DNA of 64,000 nt from Bacilli bacterium (lineage in GTDB: Bacteria; Bacillota_I; Bacilli_A; RF39; UBA660). Below the pieces are notes generated by a model that saw nothing but the letters and a program-made list of their open reading frames with translations, had not been told where the DNA came from and searched no databases. Position numbers and translations under genes: made by a program. Below, piece by piece: positions 1 to 10,441 of this stretch. The stretch's first letter is position 1, and each line of letters starts with the position of its first letter. The stretch covers positions 102,304-166,303 of the forward strand of contig JAZQNW010000002.1 of the NCBI GenBank assembly GCA_045627525.1. The letters are read 5' to 3'.

Positions 1-645
1 AGCACCAACTAAACGCATAATGCTAATTTCCCTCTTACGAGCTGATATTGTTAATTTTATTGTGTTAACAATTAGGAAAATGGTTACTATTATTAGGGCA
101 ATTACTACTCCATAAGTAACTTTCTTAACCGCATCAAAGGCAGTTACTAGTTTTTCTACCATTCCCTCTCCATATCTTACTACAGATACTTTTTTAATAT
201 TTTTTATCTTATTTGACGTATCTTTTATTTTACTAATATTTTTTACTTTTACTTGAAATGTATCTTTTAATGGTATTTCATCATTATCCCATTCTTCAAA
301 AATTCTATTAAATACTTCTGATTCTTGTTGAATTTGATTTTTTACTTCTTCTTTAGATAAAAATGTAATTTTATCTACATTATCTATTTGTGATATTTCT
401 TTTTCTACAAAATTAATTTCTTTTTTGTTAACATCATTATCTAAGAAAACTACTATTGTTAAGTCTTTTTCTATTTCAGTAGTAAAGTTATTTACATTAA
501 ACGAAGCTAATATTGCGATTGATACAATAACTAGGGTTATTGTAATACATGAAATAGAAGCTAGTGATAAGCTAAAATTTCTAAAGACACTTTTAAATGC
601 ATCTCTAACGCTTCGTCCTAACATTCTTAATAGCTTCATCATCAT
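1..645 (-). CDS. ftsX: Cell division ABC permease FtsX (3' part runs off the window)
   Basis: Manual translation from ATG at 645/642/639: MMKLLRMLGRSVRDAFKSVFRNFSLSLASISCITITL, typical FtsX N-terminus; overlaps the end of ftsE. Confidence 0.9.
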   Translation of the reverse strand, partial: MMMKLLRMLGRSVRDAFKSVFRNFSLSLASISCITITLVIVSIAILASFNVNNFTTEIEKDLTIVVFLDNDVNKKEINFVEKEISQIDNVDKITFLSKEEVKNQIQQESEVFNRIFEEWDNDEIPLKDTFQVKVKNISKIKDTSNKIKNIKKVSVVRYGEGMVEKLVTAFDAVKKVTYGVVIALIIVTIFLIVNTIKLTISARKREISIMRLVGA

Positions 646-1336
646 AAACTCCTTTCTCTTTAAAGGTTACTAAATGTCCATCTTTTAATATAAGGACTTG
701 TTTTTTCATTTTATTAACAATTTCTTTATCATGAGTTGCCATTATAATTGTAGTACCACGTGTCTTATTAATATCTTCTAATACTTTTACAATTTCCATA
801 CTCATTTCAGGATCTAAGTTACCTGTTGGTTCATCGCATAATAATAATTTAGGATTATTTACTATTGCCCTAGCAATAGCAACTCTTTGCTGTTCTCCAC
901 CTGATAGTTGATCTGGATAATTGTGAACTTTATTTTTTAGTCCTACTTCTTCAAGTGCTTTTAACACCTTTACTCTTATTTCATCTTTACGAGTTCCTAT
1001 TACCTCTAAGGCAAAAGCTACATTCTCATAAACTGTTAATTTAGGTAATAATCGATAATCTTGAAATACTATTCCCAACTTTCTTCTCAATTTATATACC
1101 TTTTTATTTTTTAATTTAGCAACATCAAGGCCACCAACGATAATTTGGCCTTTTGTTGGTTTTTCTTCTCTATATAACATTTTTATTAATGTACTTTTTC
1201 CACTTCCTGAGCCGCCAATTACAAAGACAAATGAGCCTTTTTCAATGGCTAGATTTAAATCATATATAGCAGTAACTCCATTTTTGTATTTTTTATCAAC
1301 GTGTTTTACTCTGATTAAATCCAAATTTTTCACCAC
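605..1336 (-). CDS. ftsE: Cell division ATP-binding protein FtsE
   Basis: Walker A GGSGSGKST, VFQDYRLL, LSGGEQQRVAIARAIVN, DEPTGNLDP; upstream of ftsX. Confidence 0.93.
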   Translation of the reverse strand: MVKNLDLIRVKHVDKKYKNGVTAIYDLNLAIEKGSFVFVIGGSGSGKSTLIKMLYREEKPTKGQIIVGGLDVAKLKNKKVYKLRRKLGIVFQDYRLLPKLTVYENVAFALEVIGTRKDEIRVKVLKALEEVGLKNKVHNYPDQLSGGEQQRVAIARAIVNNPKLLLCDEPTGNLDPEMSMEIVKVLEDINKTRGTTIIMATHDKEIVNKMKKQVLILKDGHLVTFKEKGVYDDEAIKNVRTKR

Positions 1337-1410
1337 CTTTAGTTATACCATTATAGCATATTTTTTTTAATAAAAAAAGAAGAGAAATTTTTTCTCTTTC
1401 CGTATTTACA

Positions 1411-2268
1411 TTATTTTATATCTGATACTTCATAGGCATCTGTTACTACGAAAAAGGCTTCTTTGTCAATTAGTCTTATTCCTTCAGTTACTTGATAGTA
1501 ATTTTTTGTTGGAATTACTGTTAATATTACTTTTTCTTTTCCATCTAAAAATCCACCTTTAACATTAAAAATTGTTGCATTATGATCTAACATATTAATA
1601 ATGTAGTCTTTTACTTCCTTTTCTTCTTTTGTAATTATGTAAAATGCTTTATTGTTTGATATACCTAATAATACTTTATTAATAATAAGAGTATTTAAAT
1701 ATATAAATATTATGGCATACATGACATTAGTCCACCCAAAGAAGAATCCTCCAATTATAACGATAGTAGTGTTAGTTATGGCACTAGCTGTTGCTATTGG
1801 TATATTTAAAGTTTTATTTAAGATTTGATTTATTATTGGTAATCCACCATTACTATAACCTGTTTTATACATAATTCCATTAGTTATTCCATTTAGTATA
1901 CCTGCATATATAGTTATAATAAATAAGTCACTATAATCTATAGTTATCAATGATGCTATAGGAGATGTTATTTTTATAAATAATGGATAAATTAGACCAG
2001 CTAATATTGTAATAGCTGTATTTTCTGTTCCTAAATATAAAAGACTTAAAATAGCACAAGCTGTTGAAATAAAAAAAATCATAATTGCTGGATCTATTCC
2101 ATAAACATAATGAGTTATTGTCGCAATACCACCTGAACCGCCAGTTACTAAATTTACTGGTAACAAAAGCAAATTATATATAATTGAACTCATAAATAAA
2201 GCAATTAATAATAAAATTACTCTCTTATATACATTTCTTTTTTTTAAATCAGCAATATAGTTATCCAT
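1411..2268 (-). CDS. YitT family membrane protein
   Basis: TGGSGGIA and YSNGG motifs, C-terminal DUF2179-like IDKEAFFVVTDAYEV. Confidence 0.85.
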   Translation of the reverse strand: MDNYIADLKKRNVYKRVILLLIALFMSSIIYNLLLLPVNLVTGGSGGIATITHYVYGIDPAIMIFFISTACAILSLLYLGTENTAITILAGLIYPLFIKITSPIASLITIDYSDLFIITIYAGILNGITNGIMYKTGYSNGGLPIINQILNKTLNIPIATASAITNTTIVIIGGFFFGWTNVMYAIIFIYLNTLIINKVLLGISNNKAFYIITKEEKEVKDYIINMLDHNATIFNVKGGFLDGKEKVILTVIPTKNYYQVTEGIRLIDKEAFFVVTDAYEVSDIK

Positions 2269-3150
2269 CTATTCACCTCCAAAAACTTCGTAGGCATCTG
2301 TTACCACGAAAAAGGCTTCTGGATCAATAGTTGATATTCCTTCTTTTAATTTATAGTAATCTTTTGTTGGTAAGACACACATTAATACGTGTTCTCTTTC
2401 TTTATTTTTTCCACCTTTTGCATTGAATATTGTAACTCCGTGATTTAAATATTTTAAAATGTATTCTTTAACCGCTTCTTCTTCATTTGTTACAATGTGG
2501 AATGCTTTACTATCAGATATACCTAATATAACACGGTCTGATATATAACTAATTATGTATAAAACAATAATCGCATACATTAGTCTGTTTGTTCCAAAAA
2601 CTATACCTGATGATAAAACTATCAAACCATCACATAGCAGAATTGCTTTGCCAATGCTCATCTTACAATATTTATTGATTATTTGATTTAAAATATCTGT
2701 TCCTCCACCGGTATAACCGGCTTTAAAAATCATACCAGCACCAAAGCCATAAATTACACCACCAAAAACAGCAGACAATAATAATTGACTATTATCTATT
2801 GTAATATATGTGCCAATATTTTCTGTTAATCTTACGGCAATTGGGAAAAGTAGTGAGCCCATAATGGAAGCTTTTGTTTTTTCCTTACCTAAAAATATAT
2901 AACTTATTATCAATAATATTACATTTAGGATTAAAATAACAATGGCATTATCAAGGCCAAATAGTTTATTAAGAATAATTGCTATGCCACCTACACCACC
3001 AGATACAATATTATTGGGTGCTAAAAACAAATTATAAGCAATAGCAACTAAAAAGCATCCTAAAACAAACTTAAAAAATCTTTTATATTTAGATTTTTGT
3101 CTAATACTTTCTAGTACTTTTAAATTTTTATTTTCTAGAAAAATATTCAT
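2269..3150 (-). CDS. YitT family membrane protein (YvjA-like)
   Basis: SGGVGGIA, GYTGGGTDI, IDPEAFFVVTDAYEVFG; tandem paralog of the neighbour; position matches B. subtilis yvjA. Confidence 0.88.
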   Translation of the reverse strand: MNIFLENKNLKVLESIRQKSKYKRFFKFVLGCFLVAIAYNLFLAPNNIVSGGVGGIAIILNKLFGLDNAIVILILNVILLIISYIFLGKEKTKASIMGSLLFPIAVRLTENIGTYITIDNSQLLLSAVFGGVIYGFGAGMIFKAGYTGGGTDILNQIINKYCKMSIGKAILLCDGLIVLSSGIVFGTNRLMYAIIVLYIISYISDRVILGISDSKAFHIVTNEEEAVKEYILKYLNHGVTIFNAKGGKNKEREHVLMCVLPTKDYYKLKEGISTIDPEAFFVVTDAYEVFGGE

Positions 3151-3152
3151 AA

Positions 3153-4251
3153 TTATAACCCCTTTTTTAAATTTTCTTCAATAAATGCATCAATATCTCC
3201 GTCTAAAACTTTTTCTACGTTACTAGTTTCATAATTTGTACGATGATCTTTAACCATTGAGTATGGGTGCATTACATAACTCCTAATTTGTGAACCAAAT
3301 TCTATATTCATTTGATTTCCTTTTATTTGATTTAATTTTATAGATTGTTCTTCTAATTTTTGTAACAATAATTTATTTTTTAGAACTTTTATTGCTTGTT
3401 CTTTGTTTTGTATTTGACTTCTTTCATTTTGACAAGTAACTACTATTTTACTTGGTAGATGAGTAATTCTAACTGCTGAATCTGTTGTATTTACCCCTTG
3501 TCCTCCTGCTCCAGAGGAATGAAAAACATCAATTTTTAAATCTTTTTCATCGATTTCTATGGTATTATCTTGTTCTATTTCTGGGGTTACCTCTATTGAA
3601 ACAAAAGATGTATGTCGTCTATTATTGGAATCAAATGGCGATAATCTTACTAAGCGATGTACGCCTTTTTCATTTTTTAAATAACCATACGCATTCAATC
3701 CTTTTACTAGGAATGATACACTTTTTATTCCTGCTTCCTCACCCATCTGATAATCAAGAACTTCTATTTTATAGGACTTTTTTTCACACCAGCGTGTATA
3801 CATTCTATATAACATTTCGGCCCAATCACAAGCCTCTGTTCCGCCAGCTCCTGAATGAATATCGACAATACAATTATTTTTATCATATTCATCATTTAAA
3901 AGAACTAATAAGTTTAGCTCATTCATTTTATTTTCTAGTTGTATTATATAATTTTCAACCTGTTTTTCGATGTCATCATCCGGTTCTTCTTCTATCAATT
4001 CTAATAAGTCTTTATTTTCTATTATTTCATTTTTTAAAGTTTCAATAATTTCTACATTTGCTTTTTTTTCTGACAATTCTTTTATTATTTTTTCTGCACT
4101 ATCTCTATCATCCCAAAAATTTGGGGTTTCTATTTTAGATTGGAGTTTTGATAATTCTTCTTTTTTATTTTCTATGTCAAAGAGACCTCCATAAATTGTT
4201 TATGCTATCCAAATTATCTATTAATATTTTTTTCATTTCTTTTTTTTCCAT
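3153..4251 (-). CDS. prfB: Peptide chain release factor 2 (programmed +1 frameshift)
   Basis: SPF anticodon-mimic and GGQ motifs; true start ATG at 4251 after GGAGG; first frame ends CTT TGA, second frame continues DIENKKEELSKLQSKIETPNFWDD. Confidence 0.96.
4176..4190 (-). promoter_or_regulatory. prfB autoregulatory +1 frameshift site
   Basis: Minus strand GGAGGTCTCTTTGAC: internal SD followed by CTT-TGA-C, the canonical RF2 site. Confidence 0.95.
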
Positions 4252-4333
4252 ATTAAGCCTCCATTTATATATTACCAATTTTTATTTTATTTATACAGTA
4301 ATTTTTATAGCATTAGAATAACATATTTTTCTT

Positions 4334-4356
4334 TTTTCCACAATCTTTGTGTATAA
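4334..4356. promoter_or_regulatory. Inverted pair of DnaA-box matches
   Basis: TTTTCCACA (4334-4342) and TGTGTATAA (4348-4356, reverse complement TTATACACA) both fit TTWTNCACA, 5 bp apart. Confidence 0.45.
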
Positions 4357-4384
4357 ATATGATTCTAGTGCATATATTATTTAT

Positions 4385-4451
4385 GAGGAAGGTTCACTTA
4401 TAGTGTGAAGATCCTCTATTAATAGATTGGGACCATTAGGTCCCTTTTTTT
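4385..4451 (+). ncRNA. Candidate small RNA: stem-loop followed by intrinsic terminator
   Basis: GAGGA..TTCAC-loop-GTGAA..TCCTC hairpin (4385-4416), then GGGACC-atta-GGTCCC-T7 terminator oriented for the + strand, with no + strand gene upstream. Confidence 0.4.
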
Positions 4452-4466
4452 ATAAAAAAGAAGAAG

Positions 4467-6128
4467 TTACGCTTCTTCTTGTTCAATTAAATTTTTAGTT
4501 CTATTTTTTAATGATAATAGTATAAAAATTATATTTAGTAATATTAAACCTAATATTACTATTAACAATAGATCATTGAATGATGCTGCGTATTTTTTTA
4601 GTAATAAATAACTTCCTCCACAGATAATTCCACTAAATAGCATTGAAAGTCCCATAACTATAAATGTATTATAGTTTTCTCTTAGAGAATTATTTTCGTC
4701 ATCCCAAATTAATTTTGGTTGTATTGAATCTATATATGTTCCCATAATTGAAATTAATATTGTTCCTAAAAAGCTTATTAAATATAGTGATATAGCTAAT
4801 TTTAGGGGCATTTTTACTATTATATAAAATATAGTAGTAAAGAAATTAATACCAATAAAGGAAATTATAAAACTTGTTAAGATTTTTATATTCCATTGAG
4901 TTTCATATTTTAAAGGAATATATTTTATAAAATTAAAATGTTTTCCTTCTCTAGAAAAAGATGATGAAGCTATGCTGTTCATTGCTGGTAGTAATAATGA
5001 TATTCCTGTTATATAAATTAGTATTATTACTTTAGCAGTATTAGATGATAATATCAAAGTACTTATTTCACTAATATTATAAGTAGCACCGCTTACTTTG
5101 AAAATTAGGTATACAAAAATTGGCCATAAGAAATTAATCATTATACAGTTTATAAAGAAGGCAGGTGTTCTAAATAATATTTTTAATTCTTTTTCTAAAT
5201 ATGATCTTGCAGGGCTTTTAACTTTTGTAGTATTTAGTAATTTAGTTGATAATTTGCGTTTATTTGTATCTTTAGATGATAATTCTATAACACTATTTAG
5301 ATATAGATACTTGGCTGTAATAAGGAAGATTATTAAATAAATGGCATTTATAAGTATATATAATATTAATGATAATAAGTTTCCTGTTGTTAAAACATCA
5401 GTAAATAACTTAATATGTGGAAAAATCATTTCTAGTATATTTAAAAATTTATGATTGCCTAATGCAAATGATTCTATATATGTATTTATATCAAATTGTT
5501 GTAGGGTACCTATTATGCTAGCAAATAATACTAAAATGGCAAATACTAATATTATTCCTATTTTTCTTATTGTTTCTTTATTTTTTATTAATTTAGTAAA
5601 GCTCATTATTAATAGACTAATAATTCCACAATATACCATTGGAATTATAGGTAGTGTAATTATTCCTAAAATTGATAATAAAAAGTTGGGGATTCCTATA
5701 TTAAGAGCCTTTATGTAACCAATAACACTAACTACAACTAATAATATTTGCATTATATTTTCAGCGATAAAACAAGTTGTAAATTTTGCACCTATTATTT
5801 GCGTTGGTTTTAAAGGAAGTGGCATTATTTTTTCTATGTCATTACTAAAATAGAATTCATTTAATATTACACTAAAACCAAATGTAAATGTAAATATGCT
5901 AATCAGACAACATACTAATTCAAGACCTATAGTAGCATATCCTACTTCCTGTAAATTACTACTCATGCAGTAAACAAATATTCCACAGAAAAGTGTGAAT
6001 GGAATAAAGATAAGAAAAAATACTAACAATAATAATGTTCTAAACGCTATTCTTTGTCTTTTATTAGTAGCTTTACTCATCTTTAATGATTTTAAAAATA
6101 CTTTTGTAAGACTTAGATAATTATTCAT
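4467..6128 (-). CDS. ABC-2 type transporter permease
   Basis: Multi-TM protein with PLPLKP, EL(K)ILFRTP and SREG motifs; downstream of an ABC ATPase. Confidence 0.8.
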   Translation of the reverse strand: MNNYLSLTKVFLKSLKMSKATNKRQRIAFRTLLLLVFFLIFIPFTLFCGIFVYCMSSNLQEVGYATIGLELVCCLISIFTFTFGFSVILNEFYFSNDIEKIMPLPLKPTQIIGAKFTTCFIAENIMQILLVVVSVIGYIKALNIGIPNFLLSILGIITLPIIPMVYCGIISLLIMSFTKLIKNKETIRKIGIILVFAILVLFASIIGTLQQFDINTYIESFALGNHKFLNILEMIFPHIKLFTDVLTTGNLLSLILYILINAIYLIIFLITAKYLYLNSVIELSSKDTNKRKLSTKLLNTTKVKSPARSYLEKELKILFRTPAFFINCIMINFLWPIFVYLIFKVSGATYNISEISTLILSSNTAKVIILIYITGISLLLPAMNSIASSSFSREGKHFNFIKYIPLKYETQWNIKILTSFIISFIGINFFTTIFYIIVKMPLKLAISLYLISFLGTILISIMGTYIDSIQPKLIWDDENNSLRENYNTFIVMGLSMLFSGIICGGSYLLLKKYAASFNDLLLIVILGLILLNIIFILLSLKNRTKNLIEQEEA

Positions 6129-6843
6129 CTTTTATTACCTCCATGAATAGCTTTTCTAAATCTTTTTTATTATATTTTTTCTTCAAATCATCTAATGTTC
6201 CATAGTATACAATTTTACCTTTATTTATTATTGCTACTTTATCACATAATTTTTCTGCTATCTCTAAAACATGTGTTGAAAAGAAAACAGTATTTCCTTT
6301 ATCAGCATGTTCACGCATCATTTTTTTTAATGCTAATGCACTTTTGGGGTCTAATCCAATTAATGGTTCATCTAATATCCAAACAGCTGGTTCATGAATT
6401 AATGCTGCAGTTACCATCATTTTTTGTCTCATACCATGTGAGTAGCCTTGCATTGGTTTATCCAATAAATTAACTAGATCAAACTTGTGTGTTAAATAAT
6501 CTATTCTTCTTTTTCTAACACTTAATGGAACTTTATATATATCTGCTATAAAGTTAATGAATTCAATTCCAGTAAGCCTTAAAAACATATCTGGGCTATC
6601 TGTTATATATCCTATATTTTTTTTAGCTTGTATACCATCTTCAACTATGTCATAGCCATTTATGGTAATCGTTCCTTTATCTGGTCTTAAAATACCTGTC
6701 ATCATTTTTATAAGTGTTGTTTTTCCAGCACCATTTAGTCCAATAAATCCCACTATTTCTCCGGCATTTATATCAAGACTTAGATTTTTTATAGCTTTGA
6801 TTTTACCATTATATGTTTTACTTACATTTTTTATTTCTATCAT
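6121..6843 (-). CDS. ABC transporter ATP-binding protein
   Basis: GLNGAGKTT, YSHGMRQK, ILDEP, STH. Confidence 0.92.
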   Translation of the reverse strand: MIEIKNVSKTYNGKIKAIKNLSLDINAGEIVGFIGLNGAGKTTLIKMMTGILRPDKGTITINGYDIVEDGIQAKKNIGYITDSPDMFLRLTGIEFINFIADIYKVPLSVRKRRIDYLTHKFDLVNLLDKPMQGYSHGMRQKMMVTAALIHEPAVWILDEPLIGLDPKSALALKKMMREHADKGNTVFFSTHVLEIAEKLCDKVAIINKGKIVYYGTLDDLKKKYNKKDLEKLFMEVIKDE

Positions 6844-6935
6844 ATTGGCCTCCCATAATACTCGCTATTCTATATTAATTATTATATCATATACTATAAA
6901 TTTTAATCATAAAAAAAAGATAGTTATTACTATCT

Positions 6936-7751
6936 TTATTTTTCTATTTCTGATGATATGAACACATAATCATCATCTATATTTTTAAATGTTAATTTAT
7001 ATAAGCTTCCTTTTGATAGATTTTCAAGTGTGTAAGCCATATTCTTAGTATCTGGATCATCAATTGTATAATTTAGTATTGGATTTAAATGTGTTCTATC
7101 ACTGTAATATTTTTCACTGCGTTCATCATAAAAAATTGCTCTTACATAGATAATTAAGTTGTTATCTTCTTTATAAGCTGATGTTGGTAGTATTAAATTA
7201 TTGTATGGTCCTGCTGTACAACCACAACCATATTCTTTTGCACCTATATATGTTCTTGTTTTTTCATTATATGTCCAATCTGGACATGTTGGATAATTTC
7301 CATTATCAAAAACATAGTCGGTGCCTACTATACTATCAATCTTAGCTCGTAATGTTGATTCTGGAAAATCTTTAAATTGATGACCATATTCTGCTTCTTT
7401 ATCATATATTTGATCTTTTAATGAATTTAGTGCCATTAAGTATACATCTTCATTAGGTAAATCTGCTGCGGTTATTTTTTTATCTTGAAGATATGGATAT
7501 TCATTATGTCTACATGAAAAACCAAATTCTAATTTATTGAAAATTTCAGCTATTATATTATCTGTTACTTCAATAGGTTCTTTTGAACTAGTAGTTTCTT
7601 TTTCTTCTGTTACAGGTAATTTCTCTATATTTTCTTGATAATTTACTTTTACTCGCGTTTTATATATATACCATCCACCATAAGCAAAGGCAAAGATCAA
7701 TAATAGTATTAATATTAATACTCCAGCATTAGTTTTTTTGCTTTTTCCCAC
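6936..7751 (-). CDS. Hypothetical N-terminally membrane-anchored protein
   Basis: Lys-rich start, single TM helix, Cys-containing ectodomain. Confidence 0.7.
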   Translation of the reverse strand: MGKSKKTNAGVLILILLLIFAFAYGGWYIYKTRVKVNYQENIEKLPVTEEKETTSSKEPIEVTDNIIAEIFNKLEFGFSCRHNEYPYLQDKKITAADLPNEDVYLMALNSLKDQIYDKEAEYGHQFKDFPESTLRAKIDSIVGTDYVFDNGNYPTCPDWTYNEKTRTYIGAKEYGCGCTAGPYNNLILPTSAYKEDNNLIIYVRAIFYDERSEKYYSDRTHLNPILNYTIDDPDTKNMAYTLENLSKGSLYKLTFKNIDDDYVFISSEIEK

Positions 7752-7807
7752 GATATCACGCTCCTATTTTATATTATACATCTAATTTAATATAAATGAA
7801 ATAATTT

Positions 7808-8365
7808 TTATATAATTGATAAGTGTTCTAGTAATATTTTAGTTCCAATTATTATTAGTATCAGCCCTCCTAATATTTGGGGTGTTTTTTCATATTTAAC
7901 ACCAAATTTATTTCCTACTATTGCTCCTAAAATTGATAATATAAAAGTTGTTAAACCTATTATTAGTACAGACATTAAAAGGTTTACCTTTAAAAAGGAA
8001 AATGTAATTCCTATAGCCAGGGCATCTATACTTGTCGCTAGTGATAATGGTAACATTGTTTTAAAATTAACTTTATCGTTTATAGTCTCTTTATCTGTAT
8101 TTGCTTCTCTTATCATATTAATTCCTAATATCACTAATAACGTAAATGCTATCCAGTGATCTAAATTAATAATTGCATTTTTAAATGTTGAACCTAAGTA
8201 ATAGCCTATTATAGGCATTAGTGCTTGAAAAAATCCAAAATAAAAGCCTATTATGAATATTTTTTTGGCATTAAGTTTTTGCATCGATAATCCTTTACAT
8301 ATAGATACAGCCATAGCATCCATAGATAAACTTATTCCTAATATTATTATTTCAAATATCTGCAT
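7808..8365 (-). CDS. mntP: Manganese efflux pump MntP
   Basis: LSMDAMAVSICKG, FGFFQALMP, DHWIAF, ATSIDALAIG. Confidence 0.92.
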   Translation of the reverse strand: MQIFEIIILGISLSMDAMAVSICKGLSMQKLNAKKIFIIGFYFGFFQALMPIIGYYLGSTFKNAIINLDHWIAFTLLVILGINMIREANTDKETINDKVNFKTMLPLSLATSIDALAIGITFSFLKVNLLMSVLIIGLTTFILSILGAIVGNKFGVKYEKTPQILGGLILIIIGTKILLEHLSII

Positions 8366-8494
8366 ATATTACCCCTTGTATTCTACTAATATAAATTATT
8401 CAAAATAAAAAGATATATGTTTATATCTTCTTATTTTTTACTAAACAAAAGTTTTAGATTACTTTTTATGGAATTATTATACTTTTTTTATAAT

Positions 8495-8749
8495 TTAAAT
8501 CACACCCACCAATACCAAAATTATCAATAATATAACTCCTGGTAATCCTAATGCACCTGCTAGAAGCGAAGTTATAAAATTAAGTGGTATTGTTATTAAG
8601 CCAGTCCAATTAATAATCCATAGAACTATAAAACCTATTACTGCATTTAGTATTAGTCTTATTAAATTCTTACCAGTAAAGTGAAATAAAAACTTAGCAA
8701 TTAGAATAATAATTAATGCTGTAATAATTACTGTTAAATAATTTCCCAT
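8495..8749 (-). CDS. bofA: Pro-sigmaK processing inhibitor BofA family protein
   Basis: Small hydrophobic protein with N.VIG and IPLN....L.G.LGLPGV BofA signature. Confidence 0.75.
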   Translation of the reverse strand: MGNYLTVIITALIIILIAKFLFHFTGKNLIRLILNAVIGFIVLWIINWTGLITIPLNFITSLLAGALGLPGVILLIILVLVGVI

Positions 8750-8811
8750 CAGAATTCCTCCTTTGAATAATTATATCATATGTGTTATGTAATTATTCTA
8801 AAAAAAGACTT

Positions 8812-9273
8812 CTAAATAGAAGCCTTTTTTGTATATTCTTTTGGTTTATTAACTGGTGTTTTTGTTTTAATATTTGATATTGCTATAGATAATAAATTAC
8901 CATATTCTTCTTTTCTATTTTGAATAGCTACAGCCATTGTAGCAAGCTCTTCTTCGTTAAAGAATGGTTTTAGATTATTGTCATAATAAAGACTATATGC
9001 AGAAAATTCTGCAGTGTGGCTTTTATCTAGATGTCTATCACTTTTATGATAAGCAACTGTTGTATATATCATATTTTCATTAAGGCCTAAATTGAAATAT
9101 TCATTAGCTTGAAAAGCTTTTTCCATTACCTTACCTAAATATTCTAAATCGTATTTATCATTTTCTTCATATACTGGGAAAATGAATTCTTCTACATATG
9201 ATTTTAATTCTGGATTTACATTTTTTGTGTATTTACCCATTTTACATATTATTGTTTTGCTATTATTCCTCAT
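8812..9273 (-). CDS. Hypothetical protein (degenerate HD-domain-like)
   Basis: Long ORF with RBS; VAYHK and H...SA resemble a decayed HD fold. Confidence 0.55.
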   Translation of the reverse strand: MRNNSKTIICKMGKYTKNVNPELKSYVEEFIFPVYEENDKYDLEYLGKVMEKAFQANEYFNLGLNENMIYTTVAYHKSDRHLDKSHTAEFSAYSLYYDNNLKPFFNEEELATMAVAIQNRKEEYGNLLSIAISNIKTKTPVNKPKEYTKKASI

Positions 9274-9342
9274 ATTATACTAACCTCCTGATAATTATGA
9301 TTAATATAATTATAGCATATTTCTTATTATTTGTTAAATTTT

Positions 9343-10440
9343 CTATATTTTTATTGTACTAATTTGTTTTGTTTTACTTAATTTTTCATATAGCATTTTA
9401 TTATTTGTAAATATATATTTTATTGTAGATATTATATATATCATTAATAATATGATTAAATAACTAAATAAGAATATTAACTTAATCCAGAAATTATCTA
9501 TATTAAAATATGATATTGTGTAACTCATAAAATATGGTATTGCTATATAAATTATTACAAATATAGTCTTTCTTAATAATAAATTTAAGTAATTATTTTT
9601 ATCATTTTCATTAACAACTTTAATATTTAAAAATTTTTCGATAATTGTACTTCCTTTTGTAAAAATAGGAATAATAAAATAATATATAATTGAGATTATT
9701 ATATATGTATATTTAAATTTTATATAAAATGATAGTATAAAATTTATAGTAATAACAACAATAAAATCAGTAATTAAAGATGTAGTTCTTCTTAAGCCAG
9801 AAATGGTTTTACCTTTTTTCTTGGCCTTTTCTTCTATTTGTTTAGATGTTGGCAGAATTTTTAAGAATGGATTAATTATAAAATATCCAACTATTCCTCC
9901 TAATGTATTTAATAATAAGTCGTCTACGTCAAACAATCTATAGCCTCTTGGATAAATGAAATATAATCCTGTTAGTTGAGTTAATTCAAAGAATAATGAA
10001 AGCAAAAACGTAAATAAAGCTACTTTTTTAATATTAAGATTGAATTTATATTTTAAATACATGCCAAATGGCATAGTAAGGATAATATTATATAAAGGAA
10101 TATAAAAATGTGGAAGTGTTAAAATTTTTACTATATCTTTTAACCCCGATACTTTAATAGTTGGTAATTCCATTACAAAGTCATATATAAATTTAAACGG
10201 ATATAGTTGTGTTCTAGGCGCTGTTAATTTCGCAACTTTTTCTATTTCTGGTAGTGGTAATATCACTAGAAAATAAGCATTAATTAGATATAATACAAAC
10301 GAATAAGTTAATATAACTTTACCAAGTGAGATGGATCCATATTTATGATATTCTATTAAAATAAAAGGGAAACTTATTAATATCGCAATAAAGGGAAAGA
10401 AAATAAACGCTTCCTTTATTATTTCTAAATAAGCATGCAT
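9343..10440 (-). CDS. VanZ family protein with C-terminal RDD-like domain
   Basis: NIILTMPFG, FELTQLTG, RLFDVDDLLLNTLGG. Confidence 0.85.
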   Translation of the reverse strand: MHAYLEIIKEAFIFFPFIAILISFPFILIEYHKYGSISLGKVILTYSFVLYLINAYFLVILPLPEIEKVAKLTAPRTQLYPFKFIYDFVMELPTIKVSGLKDIVKILTLPHFYIPLYNIILTMPFGMYLKYKFNLNIKKVALFTFLLSLFFELTQLTGLYFIYPRGYRLFDVDDLLLNTLGGIVGYFIINPFLKILPTSKQIEEKAKKKGKTISGLRRTTSLITDFIVVITINFILSFYIKFKYTYIIISIIYYFIIPIFTKGSTIIEKFLNIKVVNENDKNNYLNLLLRKTIFVIIYIAIPYFMSYTISYFNIDNFWIKLIFLFSYLIILLMIYIISTIKYIFTNNKMLYEKLSKTKQISTIKI

Positions 10441-10441
10441 A

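Noticed and set aside
3153-4076. prfB as truncated gene or pseudogene
   Set aside because: Explained by the canonical programmed +1 frameshift at 4176-4182
4331-4356. Possible decayed original secA tail upstream of prfB (TTTTCCACAATCTTTGTGTATA)
   Set aside because: Needs a gap, lacks the CCACATGG core and reading frame, is AT-rich, and is better explained as DnaA-box matches
8366-8494. yybP-ykoY manganese riboswitch expected upstream of mntP
   Set aside because: Conserved GGGGAGUA and GAGACC elements are not visible; only an AT-rich hairpin
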